The position numbers were made by a program, and so were the translations under genes. The notes beneath the pieces are model-generated. The model made no database searches. It was given only the letters and a program-made list of their open reading frames with translations, and was not told the DNA's origin. A stretch of 64,000 nucleotides of DNA from an uncultured Methanosarcinales archaeon (GTDB lineage Archaea > Nanobdellota > Nanobdellia > Woesearchaeales > JABMPP01): positions 1 to 64,000 of the forward strand of contig CAZSAD010000001.1 of assembly GCA_964604995.1 (NCBI GenBank), written 5' to 3'. Each line of letters opens with the position of its first letter. Positions within the stretch are counted from its first letter, which is position 1. Shown here piece after piece: positions 59,934 through 64,000 of this stretch.

Positions 59934-62900
59934 ATGGGGTTAATTAAATTGGGTAATAAAATAAATTTTTTTGTTATATTTATAATACTTACATTCTCAA
60001 TAATTCCTTCTGCATTAGCAATTAATTGGGATAATTTTCAAGTTTTCAATAGTCCAACACAACCCTATGCAATGAATGGTCCAGGATGTACATTTTTTAA
60101 CGAATCAGGGCAGCAAAGACCATCTTCCAATGCCATGCCCGGCGATAATTGCCCAGGAGGCAGTTCTATAAACAAAACATCCTATGATTTAGGTGCAGTC
60201 TGGGTCGATATGGATAATAATTATATAGCATGGAAAATCATAGGTCCTTCAATAACGCAATATTCTTCTGGTCAATCCAATCCAAATTTTTGCAATGCAA
60301 GCTCTACACTCCAAAATTCGCTTATGATAGAATTTGATGCAGATAATAATCAAGCTACAGGTTGTCCTGATATGAAACCTTGTTATCCTGGTGCAGATTA
60401 TCAGATTGAAATTAATAACATGGGCAATGGTGTATTTAGATACTACAATGCATCTCTTTGTGCACAGCAAGATCCAATGACATGTTTTACTGAAAATGTA
60501 TCTATCAATGTTTCTAAAACCAGTTGTGATTCACAAACAGGTTTGATGATTGCCATTCCTAAAAATTCAATAGCATCCCTTGTTGGCATGAAATTTGTTG
60601 TGAATGTAATTCCTTACCAGTTTAAGCCAGTTGAAAGTCTTGGCGACCAGCACATGGATTTAAAAATGGGCGGTGGCTCTGGTGATATAATGTTCCAAGG
60701 AGAGCATCCATGTTTTGCTTTTAATACAACTAATTCTTGTGAAAATCCTTCTGATGATTATAGTTGCTTTTGGGGGCAATTTGAAAATAGATGTTTACCT
60801 GATTTTAGAACAATGGGCGGAGCAGGCATGACTTGCTCAGATTTCTGCGGTGCTTGCAATACCTCTTTAGCATGCTTATCTGGCGGAAAAGGAAAATGCA
60901 AAGAGGTAACAGCCCCACCACAAACTCCTCCAGGAATGACTTTATTTGATGAAAATAAAATATGTGTTGAAGATTTTTCAAAGATGGATATGAGCGGTAG
61001 TTCAGGAAACTGCGATAATGACTGCAAATTTTGCTATTCCAATTCTACATGTGCAAATTCTGCAATGCCAAATCCAACTGGTGGCACTGGTGCAGGATGC
61101 AAATGGGTTACAGATACGCAATTTGGAAAATCTTGGTGCGATTCAGTTACATTCCAAGCTACCTCTTTAGAATGTGGACCAAATAATCTTAAAAGATGTT
61201 TTACATCAAATGATTGTCAAAGTAACAATGGCAATTGGAGTTCTGAATTAAATACTTGTTACAGATATAATATATCAAAAGAATTTCTTTGCTTTGATGG
61301 AGTAGATAACAATAATAACAGCTTAATTGATTGCGCCGATCCAAACTGCAATAAAGAGCCTTCATGCGGCGGCGACATAAACATGCTCACTATGGGAGAT
61401 CAATTTACAGGTGGTATGTTTGGCAACCAGTTTAATGTCAATATGAATCCATATGAAGCAATGAAAATGGATATGTTTAAAGATATGGATCCAAGTTCTC
61501 CTGTATTTTTAGCTGAAGCAGGCAATACTCCAAATTTACCCCATTCAATAGATATCTTTGGGTTTGGAATAAAAGATATGGGATCTTCCTTGGGTTTAGG
61601 AATAGATGTTGAAACATTAGAACAAACATCAATTTTATGCACTCCAGGAAATCAAACTGGAAAATATTATTATTTTATTGATACTGATGCAAATGTTTCA
61701 ACAGGATGCAATATAACTTTACAAAATACTGATTATTCTGGATTTGAATACAAATTTATTTATGAAATTAGAAATAATGGTTCAGGAGTAGCTCTTGAAG
61801 TTAGAAAAGGATTTGCATGTTTACCTTCTACTGGAACATTTTCTTTATTCCCTGCAAAAATAGCAGGCGGTCCAACAATGAATATAGGTGGTCCAGGAGG
61901 TCAAGAAAAATTAGTTGCATGCACAATGGATACTGCAATAATTGCAGTTGATAAAAAAGATTTAGGCAATCCTAAAACTAATATGAGATTTATGGTTGCA
62001 TCTTCTGATATTAATACTGATGCTTCAAATGCAAATGATTCCATTAAAGGTTTAGAAGATGCGGGAATTTATTATACTCCTGGCACAATGGATTTCAAAC
62101 CAAAGGATTGCTTGCAAAATCCTATGTCTTGTGGAACAGCATTTAGTGTTGTAGGCCAGGGAAAATATATGCCATTTGAAGATTGTTTTCCCTCTTCAGG
62201 CGATGAAGATCTCGATGGTTTAACAAACTGCGATGACAATGATTGCATGATGGTACCATGGTGCACAAATTTCAACTCTTCATATTTAACTTCAGATAAA
62301 ACAGCACCAACAATGTATAGTGCAACAGCAGAGCCTTTCAATGATTTTGTGTTTTTGCATTGGACAACAAATGAACCAACAAACAGTACGGTATTTTTGT
62401 TTAATTCATCTACTTGCAATGCTGCAACTGCATTAAAAAATACATTCTATGAACTTGGTTCACCTTTATTTACATTTGATGATTTTAGGCCTTGGCACGA
62501 TTTACCAATTAAATCAGAAAATCAAGATTCTAATAATGCACCAATAATTTTGACAAGCTTAACTACTTATTTTTATAAGTTAAAAATCTGTGATAAATCA
62601 GGAAATTGTGGAACAAGCAGCTGCTTAAATTTTACAACAACACAAGGAGAGCCAGAACAATTTCAATTACAATTCAATTACTTGCCGCCACAAGGCAATG
62701 CATTGTTAAATTCAACATCGATAAAAATCTTTAATGGGTCAGATTGGATAACTCTTAGTTCAGACGAAATAAAAAATCAAAGTAATTATCTTTCAAATGC
62801 TCAGTTAAAATTCGAAAATTTAGATGCAAACTGGGGAATTGATTTGGCAGGAGTTGATTTTGCAAAAGCAGCAAGTTATAATTTGACAAATGCACTAAAT

Positions 62901-64000
62901 GCAACTACAGTTGACGGTCAAACTTATGTAGGTATGGATAATGATAAATGGCTGGACATGGCACAAAATTTAGGTGTTGATTATGTAATGTTACAAATAC
63001 CAGGTACTGGTGCAACACTTATGAAATGCAATGAAAATAACATAAGCGATTGCAGTGATGTTACTATACAAGCTGAATTAAACGAGACAAATATTACAGG
63101 AGATTACACAAAATGGAAAATTCCAAAATCACTTGGATTTTCAATGTATGGTGTAGTTTCATCTGCTTCAGGTGGAGTTTCAATTAATTCAAATAAAAAT
63201 TCCTATAAAGTTTATCCAACAGGTGTTGCTTATTATAACTTAACAAATAACAATGTAAGTATATCCGGCCTATTAAATTTAACAATTACAAATAATGGTG
63301 CATCAACTGTAGCTTTTGATGTTTACTATTTTAATGCTTCATCAGTTTGGTCATTACTAAACCCACAAAATATTTCTTTTACAGAAAATTTTAATTTTAC
63401 AAATACAACTTATCAATTTAGAATAAACATGACAATGACTTCACCAATTGGAGTTAATTGGACTATAACTTTTAACATTAGTAATAGTACATCAACACTT
63501 TTAAATTTGCAAGATTATGCTCTTTTAGATGCAATAAATCTAATTTCTCCAATAAATTCAGCTCAAGTAACATCTCTTCCTGTAAATTTAACATTCTTGT
63601 TATATTCAAATAGCACATCAGTACAATCATGTCAATTATATATCGAGAGTATACTTTATAGTAGTGGAGCTGCAAATCCAAGCATTGCATCAGGTATCTT
63701 GTTTTCAAACAGTAGTGAATCAGATGGCATTAAATCTTGGCAAGTATCCTGCGATTTAAATTCTGAAACAGGATATTCTGGAAACAATACATTTGATTTA
63801 GAATTATCACCAACTATTAACATTACAACTTTGTCAATAAGTCCTACAAACAATTCAGTTTATTCACCGTCTCAAACATATGCTTTCAATGTTACAGTGA
63901 CAGATAATGTGGTTGTAAATACAACCTATCTTAATTTTAGCGGAACATTATATAGGATGTCTTTATTAGGCAATAATATTTTTAATGCTACTATACCTAC
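59934..64000 (+). CDS. Giant Cys-rich secreted surface protein (partial, >1350 aa; absent from the ORF track)
   Basis: Hand translation of roughly the first 900 codons, with the frame re-checked at the window end. Signal peptide ...IIPSALA; two FDAD.N..TGC/FIDTD.N..TGC domains; CFDGVDNNNNSLIDCADPNC and CFPSSGDEDLDGLTNCDDNDC; FN3-like WTTNEPTNS...TTYFYKLKICD. Start is ATG 59934 or TTG 59949. Confidence 0.82.
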   Translation, partial: MGLIKLGNKINFFVIFIILTFSIIPSALAINWDNFQVFNSPTQPYAMNGPGCTFFNESGQQRPSSNAMPGDNCPGGSSINKTSYDLGAVWVDMDNNYIAWKIIGPSITQYSSGQSNPNFCNASSTLQNSLMIEFDADNNQATGCPDMKPCYPGADYQIEINNMGNGVFRYYNASLCAQQDPMTCFTENVSINVSKTSCDSQTGLMIAIPKNSIASLVGMKFVVNVIPYQFKPVESLGDQHMDLKMGGGSGDIMFQGEHPCFAFNTTNSCENPSDDYSCFWGQFENRCLPDFRTMGGAGMTCSDFCGACNTSLACLSGGKGKCKEVTAPPQTPPGMTLFDENKICVEDFSKMDMSGSSGNCDNDCKFCYSNSTCANSAMPNPTGGTGAGCKWVTDTQFGKSWCDSVTFQATSLECGPNNLKRCFTSNDCQSNNGNWSSELNTCYRYNISKEFLCFDGVDNNNNSLIDCADPNCNKEPSCGGDINMLTMGDQFTGGMFGNQFNVNMNPYEAMKMDMFKDMDPSSPVFLAEAGNTPNLPHSIDIFGFGIKDMGSSLGLGIDVETLEQTSILCTPGNQTGKYYYFIDTDANVSTGCNITLQNTDYSGFEYKFIYEIRNNGSGVALEVRKGFACLPSTGTFSLFPAKIAGGPTMNIGGPGGQEKLVACTMDTAIIAVDKKDLGNPKTNMRFMVASSDINTDASNANDSIKGLEDAGIYYTPGTMDFKPKDCLQNPMSCGTAFSVVGQGKYMPFEDCFPSSGDEDLDGLTNCDDNDCMMVPWCTNFNSSYLTSDKTAPTMYSATAEPFNDFVFLHWTTNEPTNSTVFLFNSSTCNAATALKNTFYELGSPLFTFDDFRPWHDLPIKSENQDSNNAPIILTSLTTYFYKLKICDKSGNCGTSSCLNFTTTQGEPEQFQLQFNYLPPQGNALLNSTSIKIFNGSDWITLSSDEIKNQSNYLSNAQLKFENLDANWGIDLAGVDFAKAASYNLTNALNATTVDGQTYVGMDNDKWLDMAQNLGVDYVMLQIPGTGATLMKCNENNISDCSDVTIQAELNETNITGDYTKWKIPKSLGFSMYGVVSSASGGVSINSNKNSYKVYPTGVAYYNLTNNNVSISGLLNLTITNNGASTVAFDVYYFNASSVWSLLNPQNISFTENFNFTNTTYQFRINMTMTSPIGVNWTITFNISNSTSTLLNLQDYALLDAINLISPINSAQVTSLPVNLTFLLYSNSTSVQSCQLYIESILYSSGAANPSIASGILFSNSSESDGIKSWQVSCDLNSETGYSGNNTFDLELSPTINITTLSISPTNNSVYSPSQTYAFNVTVTDNVVVNTTYLNFSGTLYRMSLLGNNIFNATIP

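Noticed and set aside
1084..63853. Numerous 60-143 aa ORFs antisense or out of frame within long genes (e.g. 1084, 15248, 30907, 31905, 37630, 47731, 62072)
   Set aside because: Shadow ORFs overlapping well-supported CDSs, with no recognisable motifs.
1..64000. Mobile elements, prophage or defence systems
   Set aside because: No transposase, integrase, capsid, nuclease or reverse-transcriptase motifs were recognised.

Overview
AT-rich archaeal contig segment, most consistent with a DPANN (Woesearchaeota-like) genome. The archaeal evidence is BRE/TATA promoters, GGTGA Shine-Dalgarno motifs, an AglB/STT3 gene, a geranylgeranyl-reductase-family gene, an intron-containing tRNA-Trp and a stand-alone 5S rRNA. 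The taxonomic call is inference. About 1-39 kb is a large surface-glycosylation island: UDP-GlcA/UDP-xylose, GDP-D-rhamnose and perosamine enzymes, a DmhA-like dehydratase, a four-gene ADP-heptose pathway (gmhA, hldA, gmhB, hldC), three GT9 heptosyltransferase-like enzymes, five GT2s, two GT4s, three GT-C-like membrane proteins and aglB. About 39.5-64 kb encodes mostly large surface proteins (PKD/Ig-like, CARDB-like, PGF-pre-PGF, a giant Cys-rich protein), plus a patatin, a DedA/VTT protein and tRNA-Trp. The most striking observations are: (1) a probable ~1000-aa protein, split by an assembly gap, with a (PDNNPP)n linker and a C-terminal domain resembling an autotransporter/outer-membrane beta-barrel ending in Phe; (2) a ribbon-helix-helix fused to a degenerate nucleotidyltransferase, divergent from the heptose operon, with AGTATGA inverted-repeat sites just downstream of both TATA boxes; (3) an AglB with Lys at the first Asp of the DXD motif; (4) split and fused versions of a GT-C plus small-TM module. 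Three N-gaps (30453-30462, 41479-41578, 43092-43191) are scaffold artefacts. All product calls come from motif recognition; no database search was run.
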